From: an uncultured Planctomycetaceae bacterium
GTDB taxonomy: Bacteria > Planctomycetota > Planctomycetia > Isosphaerales > Isosphaeraceae
DNA length: 64,000 nt
Assembly (NCBI GenBank): GCA_963833985.1
Contig: CAWIAD010000002.1
Span: 256,001 to 320,000, forward strand
Reading direction: 5' to 3'
Part shown: one piece after another, positions 9,115 through 19,694 of the stretch
Numbering within the stretch: position 1 is the stretch's first letter
Layout of the letters: each line of letters starts with the position of its first letter
Position numbers and translations under genes: made by a program
Notes under the pieces: generated by a model
What the model was told of the DNA's origin: nothing
The model's database searches: none
The model's input: the letters and a program-made list of their open reading frames with translations, nothing else

Positions 9115-9786
9115 ATGATGAAGCAACTTTTCGTCTGCTCGATCCTGCTCGTCGCGACCTTCCCGCGTCAGGTGCATGCCGGCACAGTCGACTTCCGTTT
9201 CTCCGGGCCGGGTGTGAGCGGTACCGTCCAGTTGACTTACGGCCCGGCGACAGACGCGAAGTATTCTCAAGCCTTCGAGGTGACTGCGATTAGCGGTACC
9301 TTCTCTGACACGAACAGTGGCTTGAGCCTGGTCAATGTACCAATCGGCCCGCTCGAGCCCATCAAGCGCGACAAGCCGGAACCCACCAACTTACTGGCAC
9401 CGAACGATTTCAGCAGGTTCGCGGTCGCGGCCGGCCTGCCCCCGCAGAGCCACGGCTTCATAAGCTACAGCAACCTGTATTGGCCGAGCGGATCGCCGAA
9501 AACCGCCTCAGACTACCCGTTGCACGGCGGATTCCTTGATATTTACGGTCTGTTGTTCGATATCGGTGGCGGCATGGCGGTCAACCTGTGGAGCAACGGC
9601 GATCTCAGCGGGACTGCCCCCATCGATTACGGAGTCGCTGTCGTCACTCAAAACAACGCATTAGATTATGTCTCTAATGGTGTGTCCATCGTTCCGGAGC
9701 CCAGCGGGTTTATCCTGCTCGGCATCGGGCTGGCAGGATTGCTCGCTTCACGTCGTGATCGTCTTGGAGCCGGCTTCAAGAGCTGA
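9115..9786 (+). CDS. PEP-CTERM sorting domain protein
   Basis: Signal peptide and C-terminal VPEPSGFILLGIGLAGLLASRR. Confidence 0.9.
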   Translation: MMKQLFVCSILLVATFPRQVHAGTVDFRFSGPGVSGTVQLTYGPATDAKYSQAFEVTAISGTFSDTNSGLSLVNVPIGPLEPIKRDKPEPTNLLAPNDFSRFAVAAGLPPQSHGFISYSNLYWPSGSPKTASDYPLHGGFLDIYGLLFDIGGGMAVNLWSNGDLSGTAPIDYGVAVVTQNNALDYVSNGVSIVPEPSGFILLGIGLAGLLASRRDRLGAGFKS

Positions 9787-10186
9787 ACCATCGTAAGCTC
9801 CGCGATAATCTTTCTTGCCGAGCCACGTTGCCTGCGGGGTGACCAGACGGTGCGGACGGGGCCGCTCATACCCGGGCATCTCGAAGGCTCGGTGAGCCCA
9901 AGAAACGCTCCAGGAGCCCTTCTTGTCCTTTCCTGAAGGCCCCTGATCGGCCCCAAGGGGCCACCGCCGTGGAGACTCCGACGGAGCTGACCGCGGAGTC
10001 CGTATTCCGCACGAACGAAAGTGGTGCGAGCCGCTTCCGACCAAGGCGGTGGCCTGGAGACCTGCTTATGAAAGCTCTTGTGCCACAACATCTGGCCAGC
10101 TTCGACCAGCGTGCGGAATCGCTCCCCGACGGGACTCGAAGTTGCAGGACGTGTCGCCAGGGACGAAGATCTCAATCAGGGGCGCC

Positions 10187-10765
10187 ATGCGAAGCGAACG
10201 CGACAAGATGCTGGCCGGCGAGCTGTACGACCCGATGGACGGGGCGCTGGTTGCAGGTCGCGAACGGGCCCGAAACCTCTGCCAGGCCCTCAACGCCACT
10301 CGCGAAGGCCAGCAGGATGAGCGTCGGCGCATCCTGATCGAGCTGTTCGGGGCCGGCGGCGGCAATGTCTGGATGCAGCCGCCGTTCTTCTGCGACTACG
10401 GGTCGAACATCTCTCTGGGCGAGCGGGTGTTTTTCAACTTCAACTGTGTCGTACTCGACGTCTGCGCGGTCCGCATCGGCGACTTCACGCAGTTCGGCCC
10501 GGCGGTCCAGATCTACACCGCCACGCACCCGATGAACGCTGATCTGCGGAGGAAGCAAGAGTTCGCCAGGCCCGTTGCCATTGGCTCCGACGTCTGGGTC
10601 GGCGGGGGTGCCATCCTCTGTCCCGGCGTCCGCATTGGCTCGAAGTCGGTGATCGGGGCCGGGAGCGTGGTCACGCGAGACATCCCCGCAGGGGTCTTTG
10701 CGGCCGGCAACCCCTGCCGGGTCATCCGAGAGATTACCGAGTCGTCCGATCCTCCAATGGCATGA
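10187..10765 (+). CDS. maa: Maltose/sugar O-acetyltransferase
   Basis: SERDKMLAGELYDP, PPFFCDYGSNI, hexapeptide repeats and AAGNPCRVIR. Confidence 0.92.
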   Translation: MRSERDKMLAGELYDPMDGALVAGRERARNLCQALNATREGQQDERRRILIELFGAGGGNVWMQPPFFCDYGSNISLGERVFFNFNCVVLDVCAVRIGDFTQFGPAVQIYTATHPMNADLRRKQEFARPVAIGSDVWVGGGAILCPGVRIGSKSVIGAGSVVTRDIPAGVFAAGNPCRVIREITESSDPPMA

Positions 10766-10972
10766 CTCCATGCTCTTGATACCGGAACGGTCACCGTCGC
10801 CGCGGACGGAACCCGGCCAGGCAAACCTCGGGCATGGAGTTTTGGTTCTGCTGCCACGGAAGCGCGAAACCAAAGCGGCCTGTCAGGGACGAGGAGACGC
10901 CGCGAGCGGGGCGGGAGGCGGCCTGGCCTCCTGACTTTTGACGACTTCACCGTCGCATGGCAGCTACGATAA

Positions 10973-11545
10973 TCAGGACCGGGCTGCGGCCGGGGTCGCT
11001 ACGGGGAGCGCCGGGGCTGGCTGAGAAGCCGGCGTCGGCGATGGCACGGGTGAGGGCAAGGGCGTGGGTCTGGCTCCGGCGCCAGGGCCGGGCGGCGGCC
11101 CAGGAGTCGTACGTGCCGGACTTGACCCGGCAGCGGGTGATGATGGAGCCATGGGAAAAGGCGAGCCCGTACGAGTTGGCGCGGCAGTAGACGGTGGCAC
11201 AGCAGGAGCCGGGTTTTCGGGCGACGTTGCGTGTTCCGACGAGGTACCCGGTGCCGCGGTCGGCGGATAGATGGGCGGCAGCATGTTCGGACTGTTGTAG
11301 AGCGACAGTTCGCGCTGGCTCATCCACTGGTTGCGAGTCTGCATGACGTCTCGGAGAGCGTGATCATCAAGCCCGGCCAGAGCGCGGGCATGTTCCACGC
11401 TGTGGTCAGCGGCTCTCAGGTCGGGCAGGTAAGGGTCGGGGCAATCCCACCAGTAAGCGAACGAGACAGGCCAGATGTTCTGAGCCCGCGCCGGGGCGGC
11501 CAGGAAGAGCACACAGACCAGGCCAAGAAGGCGTGACGCTCTCAT
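10973..11545 (-). CDS. Secreted proline-rich hypothetical protein
   Basis: GGAGG RBS, signal peptide MRASRLLGLVCVLFLAAPARA, low-complexity Pro/Ala tail. Confidence 0.55.
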   Translation of the reverse strand: MRASRLLGLVCVLFLAAPARAQNIWPVSFAYWWDCPDPYLPDLRAADHSVEHARALAGLDDHALRDVMQTRNQWMSQRELSLYNSPNMLPPIYPPTAAPGTSSEHATSPENPAPAVPPSTAAPTRTGSPFPMAPSSPAAGSSPARTTPGPPPGPGAGARPTPLPSPVPSPTPASQPAPALPVATPAAARS

Positions 11546-11741
11546 CTCATCCTCCCGGTGGACGCCGGGCCAGCCGGCCCATTCCACACCGAAACAGTGA
11601 GCCTTCGGTCGAGCAAGGCGGATCCTCTCATCTCGATGATCGGCACGGCAACCTCCGGCAGGAGAGTGAAACGGGTTGCAGCCCTGGATTTCGCCGGCCA
11701 TTTGCCACCAGGCTCAGGGCCGTCCTTCCGCTCCACGCGGC

Positions 11742-12539
11742 TCAGTTGTAATTGGGATCGATCGGGTTCTGGGCGCCCGAGGTGTTCAGCAGCCCCTGGA
11801 CCATGATGATCACCCTGCCCGAGCCCAGCGACCCTTTCTGAGGATGGGGGTCGGGCTGGTACTTGAACGTGATGTCGCCGAAGCCCATGTTCCAGTTGTT
11901 GACGCTGGAGGGCGGGCCGCCCCCCGGCGAGCCAGGCGGCGGGTTCGCCGGTGCACCCTGGCTGTTGATGTAGCTACCTGGAAAGTTCCCACTGCCCGGC
12001 AGGGTGTAGCCCGAGCCGGTGAACACCACGCCGCTGGAGATGTCGTGGGTCCAGTAGAGATGAGTGGGCAGGCCGTTCACCTCGGTCCCGGTTGGCCCCT
12101 GCAAGTCCAGGATAACATTCGCCCCGCTCTGGAGCGTGTCCGCGGGAAGCATGTTGAACTCCCCGTACACCGGCTGCGAAGGGCTCGCGGGTTCGAAGAG
12201 GATGTACTGGAAGTGGGACTTGAGCGAGACGTTGCTGGTGGCCGGCTTGCCGTAACCGTGGATCGTGATCGCCTGGGTACTGAACCGTGGATCGCCGATG
12301 ATGTAGCGGCCAACCGCCTTGATCACGAAGGTCTGGCGGCGGATTTCCGCGGTGGACGGCTGGGGCGTGCCGGGCGGGTAGAGCACGGAGACGAATTGCT
12401 GGACATTCGCCGCGGCCGGAATGGCCGCCTGCGGAGCAGCCGCGGCCGGATGCGCCGTGAGCAGCTCGCGAGACTCCAGGGTCTCGAACCCTGGCCGGCT
12501 GCGGCGCGACCTGCCCTCCCGCGGCGTATTCCTACCCAT
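11742..12539 (-). CDS. Exported hypothetical protein, paralog C of tandem trio
   Basis: RRSRPGFETLESRELL export motif; shares PRF, LPTHL, YxPDPHPxxGxLGSG and QGLxN motifs with its neighbours. Confidence 0.85.
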   Translation of the reverse strand: MGRNTPREGRSRRSRPGFETLESRELLTAHPAAAAPQAAIPAAANVQQFVSVLYPPGTPQPSTAEIRRQTFVIKAVGRYIIGDPRFSTQAITIHGYGKPATSNVSLKSHFQYILFEPASPSQPVYGEFNMLPADTLQSGANVILDLQGPTGTEVNGLPTHLYWTHDISSGVVFTGSGYTLPGSGNFPGSYINSQGAPANPPPGSPGGGPPSSVNNWNMGFGDITFKYQPDPHPQKGSLGSGRVIIMVQGLLNTSGAQNPIDPNYN

Positions 12540-12595
12540 CGTCCTGGACTCCTCTCCTCTTGACCCTCGACGGCCTGTGTCTGCTCTCGATCGGC

Positions 12596-13339
12596 TCAGT
12601 TAATCGGCTTCGAGATGGCACTGGTGACCTGGCTGGTATTGATGAGGCCCTGGAACGCGGCGACGAAGTGGCCCGACCCCAGGGTGCCGCGCTGGGGATG
12701 CGGGTCGGGGAGATAGCGGATGTCGACAACTCCCGCCCCCTGGTAGAAGTCGAGCGTCAGGCCCGTGTACGGCCCCGCACTGGCGAACGAGTCATAGGTC
12801 CAGTTCAGGTGGGTCGGCAGCGCCTTCGGGCCGGATCCCGGCGCGGGAGTGGCGTTCATGTCCAGGATGTTCAGGCCACCGGTCTGGAGGTAGTTCTGGG
12901 GGATCAGCGAGGCGATGCCGGTGACCTGGTTGGCGTAGGGATTGCCGGGAGTGGGTGTCGCCCCGGGGTTGGCCGGCGGAAAAATCACCATTTCCAGCTT
13001 GCCCATGAGGAACTGGTTCGAGCCCCCCGTCTTCGATGAGGCATCGATCGTCATCGAGCGGTCATTGAAGCGCGGGGGGCTGATGGTATAGGTTCCGATA
13101 TACTTGGCCGTGAAGGTCTCACGCTTCACCTCGGAGGGCGTCGGCGTGCGCGGAGTGGCGGAGTTGGGGCCGTACAGCAGGTTGATGGAGCTGGCGATGA
13201 CGGCCGGGTTGGGGAACGGTGGTGCGCCGGCGGCGCGGCTTGCCGCGGGCAAGGTCGAGAGCAGGTCGCGTGATTCCAGACCCTCGCATTGCGGCCGCTG
13301 ACGCCTGGGAGGCCTCTCCTGCCGGAATCGCTCGTGCAT
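12596..13339 (-). CDS. Exported hypothetical protein, paralog B of tandem trio
   Basis: AAAGGAG RBS; RRQRPQCEGLESRDLLS; same conserved motifs. Confidence 0.85.
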   Translation of the reverse strand: MHERFRQERPPRRQRPQCEGLESRDLLSTLPAASRAAGAPPFPNPAVIASSINLLYGPNSATPRTPTPSEVKRETFTAKYIGTYTISPPRFNDRSMTIDASSKTGGSNQFLMGKLEMVIFPPANPGATPTPGNPYANQVTGIASLIPQNYLQTGGLNILDMNATPAPGSGPKALPTHLNWTYDSFASAGPYTGLTLDFYQGAGVVDIRYLPDPHPQRGTLGSGHFVAAFQGLINTSQVTSAISKPIN

Positions 13340-13358
13340 CGACGACCGCTCCTTTCGC

Positions 13359-14252
13359 CTAGTTGATCTGGGGGGCGATCGCATTGGTCGCTCCGGTCGA
13401 GTTCACCAGAGCCTGTACGGTGACGACGGCCTTGCCGGACCCGCGTGTACCGGCGCGGGGATGAGCGTCCGGAATGTACTGGATATCGAGCACTCCGCCA
13501 CCGCCCAGGTAGCCGACGGCGCCGCCGGTTCCGGGAATCAGGGGGAACGAAGCGCCGGTCGTGGCATCGGTCTGCACGGCCGGGGTCGAGGTGAACTGGG
13601 GCCCGGCGTAAACTCCGCCGCTGATGGGGTCGGGAGTCACCTGGAGGCGCGAGGGCAGGCCGTGGTCCAGGGCGCTGGGGTCGTTGCTGGCAACGCCGGG
13701 CAGGTTCGTCACGTTCATGATCAAGTACGTGGCCGAGCTCAGGTAGCTGAGCGGGAACGAGCTGAGCAGACCGACCACCTGGCCGGCAACCGGATCGTTC
13801 GTGGTGGGCCGGGCCGTGGGGTCTGCCGGGGTGAAGAGGATGAGCTGCGAGCGTGCGTGCAGGAACTGGTTAGACATCGCGTTGGCACCGTTGCTGTAGA
13901 TGTGGATCGTCGCAGACTGGTTGGAATAGCGCGGGGACCCGATGACGTAGCGGCCCACGAACCGCTCGACGAGCGTCTCGCGCTGGATCTCGCCCGCGGT
14001 CGGCTGCGGCACCGCGTAGGTCCCCGGCGCGAACACCTGGTTGCCGATCTGGATCGGGAAGGTGGTCGTCACCGGAGCGTAGACGGTGCTGACAAGCTGC
14101 TGGATCACGGCGGGGTCCGCGGGCTTGATCGGGGTGGAGAAGACCTGGGGGATCGCGACCGCGGGCACATCGCGCCGCTCCAGCCCTTCCACGCCCGGCC
14201 GGCAGTAACGCCGTGAGCTGCCTTTCGGTTCCCGCCGGCCAGGTCGTCGCAT
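13359..14252 (-). CDS. Exported hypothetical protein, paralog A of tandem trio
   Basis: RRYCRPGVEGLERRDVPA; same conserved motifs. Confidence 0.85.
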   Translation of the reverse strand: MRRPGRREPKGSSRRYCRPGVEGLERRDVPAVAIPQVFSTPIKPADPAVIQQLVSTVYAPVTTTFPIQIGNQVFAPGTYAVPQPTAGEIQRETLVERFVGRYVIGSPRYSNQSATIHIYSNGANAMSNQFLHARSQLILFTPADPTARPTTNDPVAGQVVGLLSSFPLSYLSSATYLIMNVTNLPGVASNDPSALDHGLPSRLQVTPDPISGGVYAGPQFTSTPAVQTDATTGASFPLIPGTGGAVGYLGGGGVLDIQYIPDAHPRAGTRGSGKAVVTVQALVNSTGATNAIAPQIN

Positions 14253-14309
14253 GAGCGAAAGGTCCTGATTGAATGATGGGGCACGCAGCGGAGCCGCCCG
14301 GGCTCTGGA

Positions 14310-15923
14310 CTAGGGCAACACCCGCTCGCCGACGGCCGTGTTCAGGTCGAGCATGGCCCGCCGGTGGCGGACCAGACCATCGCGGTAAGACCGGACCACG
14401 TCGTTGAACGCTCTCTGGGCCTCCAGGTAGTCGAGCAGGCTATCGTTCCCCTGCTGCCACCGGCGGTAGGCAGCATTGCGTACTTCCTTGGCCGCGGGGA
14501 GGACCACGGTCTCGGTTCGCACGACATTCTGGAGACTCAGGTTGAATTCCCGCACGGCGTCGAAGACATCGTCGTTGACATGGCGCTTCGCACTTTCACG
14601 CTGAAGTTCGGACTGGAACACATTGATCTTGGCGCGGCGAATATTTCCCTGGTTGCGATTGAACAGCGGCACCGTGGCGGTGACACCGAGGGTCCAGGAC
14701 GTCGGGCTTTGAACTCCCAGATACGAGTTGTTCTGGTAAGTGTAGGGCTGCCAGAGCAGGTAGACGTCAGGATAGCCGTTGGCCTTGCCCAGTTGCTCGT
14801 CGGCATGGGCGCGCTCCACGGCCAGCCGCGCCGCATGGAGATCCGGCCGCGCCGCGTAGGCGCGCTCCAGGAGCTCCTCGCGTGAGACGGGCAGGGGCCG
14901 GACGTCGCGAATGAAATCGCGCACCTCGATCCGGGCTGCCTCGGTGAGCGGCATGTTCAGCACCAGTGCCAGGTTCTGCTGGCTGGACTGGAGCGCTCCT
15001 TCGGCGTCCTTGATGGCCAGGTCTGCCTGTTCGAGCTGAGCCTTGATCGTCAGCACCTCCGGCGGTGTGACGAAGCCGGCAACCTGCTTGCCCTCGGTCA
15101 GGGCCAGCAGCTTGCGCAGGCCCTGAGCGTACACCTGGGTAAAGGTCAGCGTCACACGCGCCGCGACATTATCAACATAATAAGTATAAAGTGTATCAAC
15201 CTGATTTCGCACCGCGTCGATCATCTGGGCCTCGGCGACGTGCTTGGCGCGCTGGGCCACGATGGTCCGGAACCGGCGCTTGCGCGTGACGTCCAGAGGA
15301 TAATTGAGGTTGAGGTCGTACTGCCCGGGACCGCCGGGACGCCGAAAGCTGTAATGGCCGTAGGGCACAAGCTGGTTGTCGGCGTAAAAGATCGGGTTGC
15401 CGCGCAGGCTGGCCGTCAGGATGTCCGCGTCGGCCATGGAGATTTCCAGCCGCTGGGCGTAGAGATCGATGTTCTGCTTCACGCAAACGTCAATCGCCTG
15501 GTCGATGGTCATTCCGTTCGCGGGACCGACCTCGAGCGAGCCGACCGGAACATCAAGGCCTTCGCCGTAGCTTGGTACCACCGCCGGCTGGACCGAGGTC
15601 CTCTGGAACAAGGCGGCGGTCTGCGGGCGGATCATGGGCGTGTTCGTGGTGGTCACTCCGGCCAGGGGGGCATGGCTGCCTTGAGGCCCGGCCCGGCCCG
15701 CGACCGGCCGCGGCGACACCGGTGACCCTTCCTCGACAAACCCCGCTTGCCCCAGCGCCGGCCCAAGCATACTGTTGCCTTCGGCGGCGCCGGAGGGCTG
15801 GTCGATATTGAACTGGGGGCCCTGCGCCATGGCGGCACGATCCGCAAGCGCCAGCCAGCCGATGACCAGAGCAAGCAGCGCGCGTCGCTGAGCGGCTCTC
15901 AACTCCGGTCGAAGGATACTCAT
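14310..15923 (-). CDS. TolC/CzcC-family outer membrane efflux protein
   Basis: Signal peptide; RPDLHAARLAVERA, VPLFNRNQGNI, SLLDYLEAQR and LNTAVG are typical OEP repeat motifs. Confidence 0.9.
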   Translation of the reverse strand: MSILRPELRAAQRRALLALVIGWLALADRAAMAQGPQFNIDQPSGAAEGNSMLGPALGQAGFVEEGSPVSPRPVAGRAGPQGSHAPLAGVTTTNTPMIRPQTAALFQRTSVQPAVVPSYGEGLDVPVGSLEVGPANGMTIDQAIDVCVKQNIDLYAQRLEISMADADILTASLRGNPIFYADNQLVPYGHYSFRRPGGPGQYDLNLNYPLDVTRKRRFRTIVAQRAKHVAEAQMIDAVRNQVDTLYTYYVDNVAARVTLTFTQVYAQGLRKLLALTEGKQVAGFVTPPEVLTIKAQLEQADLAIKDAEGALQSSQQNLALVLNMPLTEAARIEVRDFIRDVRPLPVSREELLERAYAARPDLHAARLAVERAHADEQLGKANGYPDVYLLWQPYTYQNNSYLGVQSPTSWTLGVTATVPLFNRNQGNIRRAKINVFQSELQRESAKRHVNDDVFDAVREFNLSLQNVVRTETVVLPAAKEVRNAAYRRWQQGNDSLLDYLEAQRAFNDVVRSYRDGLVRHRRAMLDLNTAVGERVLP

Positions 15924-16262
15924 GCCAGACCGCCTCCCCTTGACCCTCTTGCACCTTCCTGGACCGGTTCGCACGAAGCGATCTCTCGCGAGAACTGGTA
16001 AAGGGCGGAATTTGCGAGGGTCTGGTCTTTCGTGACGGGATGGGACGTGAGGCCGCACCGGTGCTGGACCGGGCGTGACCGTCCCTTTTATCGGAACAAC
16101 CGCTACATTCCCTGAAGTCTTTCTCGGCAGGAGCAAGATCCGCTCCCCGCGCGAATCCTGTTCACCAGTCCATGCCGACTTGCCACTGGACGGTGGATGG
16201 AGCCTGGCTTACGATCTGGCTTGGAAGCGGCAGTGTGACGGACCGGCCTCGGGAGACCCATC

Positions 16263-17750
16263 TTGGCGACGCACGCCGGCGATGCATCTGGAAGCGATCC
16301 TGAAACCTCCCCGGATTCACCCGCGCACGTTCCGCCCCAGGCAAAACCCGGAGTCCTGACCGCCCGCTGGGCATGGTCCATCTTCGCAGTCCTGTTCCTG
16401 GTCCACCTGCTGGAGTCGCTGGATCGCTGGCTGCTTCCCGCCGTCCTGCGGTCGGTGAGCCAGGAACTGCAACTCACCGATGCGCAGGCGGGCTGGCTGG
16501 CCACGGTGCTGCTTGCCAGCTATGCCGTCTGGGGGCCGCTCGTCGGTTACCTGGCCGACCGGCTCAGGCGTCCCCGGCTGATGGCGGTGGGAATTGCCGT
16601 CTGGAGCCTGGCCACCGTTGGCACCGGGCTGGCACGGTCGTACAATGAGCTACAACTGGCTCGCGCACTGGTCGGCATGGGAGGATCGACGTTTGGCGTC
16701 ACCGCACTGTCGATCCTGATGGACCTGTTTCCGCGAGGCGTGCGGGCGCGCTTGTTATCGGCCTATTACCTGGCGATGCCGCTGGGCGCCGCACTGGCCT
16801 TCTCGCTGGGCACGATGCTTGCCCAGGCCGCCACCTGGCACATGGCCTTCCTGGTGGCAGGCGCGCCGGGGCTCGTGCTCGCCCTCTGGATTCTCACCCT
16901 CCCCGATCCGCTGCGCGGCACCAGCGAAGGCGTCGAGGAGCAACGGTTGCGGCTGCACGAGCGCGTCGGCCCCAGCCGCGAGGACTATGTCGACCTCATG
17001 GTGAATTCCTCGTACACCTACTCGGTTTTCGGCCTGGCTTTCTCCATGTTCGCCATCGGCGGGTTGATCGTCTGGCTGCCGACGTTCCTGGTCGTGGTCC
17101 ACGAGGTCCCCACGGCCCGGACCAACTTCTGGCTGGCCTTCGTCGTGCCGGCTGCCATGGTGGCAGGCATGTCGGTTGGCGGCTGGCTGGCCGACCGTTA
17201 TTCACGGATCAATCCCCGGGCACTGTTTCTGGTTCCCGGCCTGGCGATGCTGGGCGCCATTCCTTGCCTGTTGATGGCGATCTTTGGACGGGGCGAATCC
17301 TTCGTACTCGCCTGCGTGTTCCTGACTGTCGCCTTGCTCTTCACGAACGCCGGCCCTTGCCACGCCATCATTGCCAACGTGGTGCTGCCGAACATGCGGG
17401 CGGTCGCCTACGCCGTGGCGCTGGCGGCGACACACCTGCTGGGCGATCTCTGGTCGCCCACGGTCATGGGCTGGGTCTCGGACACCTTCGGCCAGGATGA
17501 TTCCATGGCCACGCCGTTTGGGCGGGCCCTGGCCGCCATCGGGGCAACGCCCCGCGCCCAGCCCGGTCACGACCCGGAGAACCTGATTGCCGCACTGCTG
17601 ACTGCCGTACCCGCACTGCTGATTGCGGGAGCCGTCCTGCTTGCCGGCTGCCGGCACCTGCCGCGCGAGATGGCGCTGATGATCGCCAAGCTGCGGGCAT
17701 CACCCGTACGCCGTTCGACCGGCCGGCCCCCGCCTGGACGCCGGGCTTGA
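16263..17750 (+). CDS. MFS transporter (spinster-like)
   Basis: Multiple TM helices, LDRWLLPAVL and motif A GYLADRLRRPRLM. Confidence 0.88.
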   Translation: MATHAGDASGSDPETSPDSPAHVPPQAKPGVLTARWAWSIFAVLFLVHLLESLDRWLLPAVLRSVSQELQLTDAQAGWLATVLLASYAVWGPLVGYLADRLRRPRLMAVGIAVWSLATVGTGLARSYNELQLARALVGMGGSTFGVTALSILMDLFPRGVRARLLSAYYLAMPLGAALAFSLGTMLAQAATWHMAFLVAGAPGLVLALWILTLPDPLRGTSEGVEEQRLRLHERVGPSREDYVDLMVNSSYTYSVFGLAFSMFAIGGLIVWLPTFLVVVHEVPTARTNFWLAFVVPAAMVAGMSVGGWLADRYSRINPRALFLVPGLAMLGAIPCLLMAIFGRGESFVLACVFLTVALLFTNAGPCHAIIANVVLPNMRAVAYAVALAATHLLGDLWSPTVMGWVSDTFGQDDSMATPFGRALAAIGATPRAQPGHDPENLIAALLTAVPALLIAGAVLLAGCRHLPREMALMIAKLRASPVRRSTGRPPPGRRA

Positions 17751-17846
17751 TACACCTGAGACTCAAGCATGAGCGATCACTGATTTCACTTTCCTTGGAA
17801 TCTCATTCGCACCAAGCCAAGCTTGTTCACAAAAGGAGAACCTACG

Positions 17847-18842
17847 ATGGCAACCCCGATTCGCGTGGCGGTAACCGGAGCGGGCGGTCAAATTGGCTAC
17901 GCTTTACTGTTCCGTTTGGCATCCGGGGCGGTCTTTGGCCCGGAACAGCCAGTCGCGCTGCAATTGCTGGAAATCACACCGGCCCTGCCCGCCCTGGGCG
18001 GCACGCTCATGGAACTGGAAGACTGCGCCTTCCCGCTGCTGGCCGACGTCAAGGCCACGGACAAGGCCGTGGAGGCATTCGCGGGAGCGGACTGGGTGAT
18101 ACTGGTCGGCGGCCTGCCCAGGAAAGATGGGATGAGCCGGGGGGACCTGATCCGCGCCAATGGACCGATCTTCACGGGCCAGGGCAAGGCGATCAATGAT
18201 GTGGCGAGCCCGGACGTGCGAGTGGTCACCGTGGCCAACCCATGCAACACCAACTGCCTGATCGCGCGGTCGCACGCGCCCAAGGTTCCTGCCGATCGGT
18301 GGTTTGCCATGACGCGGCTGGACCAGAACCGAGCCGCTTCGCAACTGGCGAGGAAAGCCGGCGTGCCCGTGGCGTCGGTCAAGAGGGTGACCATCTGGGG
18401 CAACCATAGCGACACCCAGTATCCCGATTACAAGAACGCCGAGATTGCCGGGGCGTCGGCGACGACCGTGATCCCTGACGCGGCCTGGTTCACCGAGACC
18501 TTCATTCCCACCGTGGCCAAGCGTGGCGGCGCCGTGATCAAGGTGCGCGGGGCGTCATCGGCGGCCTCCGCGGCCAATGCCGCTCTGGACACCGTCCGGT
18601 CGCTCCACTTTCCGACGCCCGTGGGCGAATGGTTCAGCGCCGGGGTGGTCTCCGACGGCAGCTACGGCATCCCCGCCGGCCTGATCTACAGCTATCCGCT
18701 GGTGTCCAAGGGCGGAGCGCACTGGTCGATCGTCCCGGACCTGCCCATCGACGACGAGGCCCGCAAGCGGCTCGACGCCTCGGCCGCAGAACTGGTTTCC
18801 GAGCGCGAAGCGGTGCAGGATCTGCTCGGCCCGGCGGCGTGA
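17847..18842 (+). CDS. mdh: Malate dehydrogenase
   Basis: [44 protein letters not shown] and SSAASAA. Confidence 0.96.
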   Translation: MATPIRVAVTGAGGQIGYALLFRLASGAVFGPEQPVALQLLEITPALPALGGTLMELEDCAFPLLADVKATDKAVEAFAGADWVILVGGLPRKDGMSRGDLIRANGPIFTGQGKAINDVASPDVRVVTVANPCNTNCLIARSHAPKVPADRWFAMTRLDQNRAASQLARKAGVPVASVKRVTIWGNHSDTQYPDYKNAEIAGASATTVIPDAAWFTETFIPTVAKRGGAVIKVRGASSAASAANAALDTVRSLHFPTPVGEWFSAGVVSDGSYGIPAGLIYSYPLVSKGGAHWSIVPDLPIDDEARKRLDASAAELVSEREAVQDLLGPAA

Positions 18843-18937
18843 TGCGGCCTGCCTGGAACGGGTAGAATGTTGAGAGCTCGCAATCAAGCCCTGCGCGGAG
18901 CGCCGTTCTGCGCAGGAGTGGGCCCGGAGGACTCTTC

Positions 18938-19648
18938 ATGGCAGCTCAGCTATCCTCTCCCGCGACGACGGACGACCCGCCGGTCGACTACCCCACCGGC
19001 GATGGTCAGCCGATGGCGGAGACGCCTACCCATCGCGACAACATGATCGTGATGCTCGACGTTCTGAGATCCCGGTTCGCCCCGGACCCCATGGTCTATG
19101 TCTCGGGTAACATGTTTCTCTACTGGGTGCCGGGCAAGAAGCGCAGGCACGTCTCTCCGGACGTTTTCCTGGTACGAGGTATTCTCAACAAGGACCGTGA
19201 TGCTTACTTCGTATGGCGCGAAGGCAAGGGTCCGGACGTCGTTTTCGAGTATACCTCCCCATCGACGCGGGATGAGGACCTCCACAAAAAATATCTCCTG
19301 TATCAGCATGTGCTTCAGGTTCCCGAATATTTTCTCTTCGATCCTAAGGAGGAATACCTGAGGCCATCGCTCCAGGGGTTCCGGCTCCGCTCCGGGCGCT
19401 ATGCGGCCATCGAACCGGTCGCAGGCCGCTTACCCAGCGAGGTGCTGGGCCTGCACCTCGAGCGAGAGGGGGCTTTCCTGCGGCTTCACGATCCTGCCAC
19501 CGGAACCAGGCTCATGACCTCATGGGAGTCGCTGAGCGCCGCGGAAGCCGCCCTACGTCGAGCCGAAATCGAAAAAAGGCAGGCCGAAGCGGAGCGTGAG
19601 GCCATGCTACGCGAGCTCGAGGAGCTGAGGCGCAAGCGCAACCCGTGA
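18938..19648 (+). CDS. Uma2 (DUF820) family endonuclease-like protein
   Basis: YPTGDGQPMAETPTH, SPDVFLV, PDVVFEYTSPST...K..LY and VPEYFLFDP, with a coiled-coil tail. Confidence 0.9.
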   Translation: MAAQLSSPATTDDPPVDYPTGDGQPMAETPTHRDNMIVMLDVLRSRFAPDPMVYVSGNMFLYWVPGKKRRHVSPDVFLVRGILNKDRDAYFVWREGKGPDVVFEYTSPSTRDEDLHKKYLLYQHVLQVPEYFLFDPKEEYLRPSLQGFRLRSGRYAAIEPVAGRLPSEVLGLHLEREGAFLRLHDPATGTRLMTSWESLSAAEAALRRAEIEKRQAEAEREAMLRELEELRRKRNP

Positions 19649-19694
19649 GCCGGAGGTCTTCTCCTGCACGATTCTGGGAGCTTCCCGATCCACC

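Noticed and set aside
18938..19648. Uma2 gene as a defence or restriction system
   Set aside because: Solitary, with no methylase or partner gene; the family is commonly expanded in planctomycetes.
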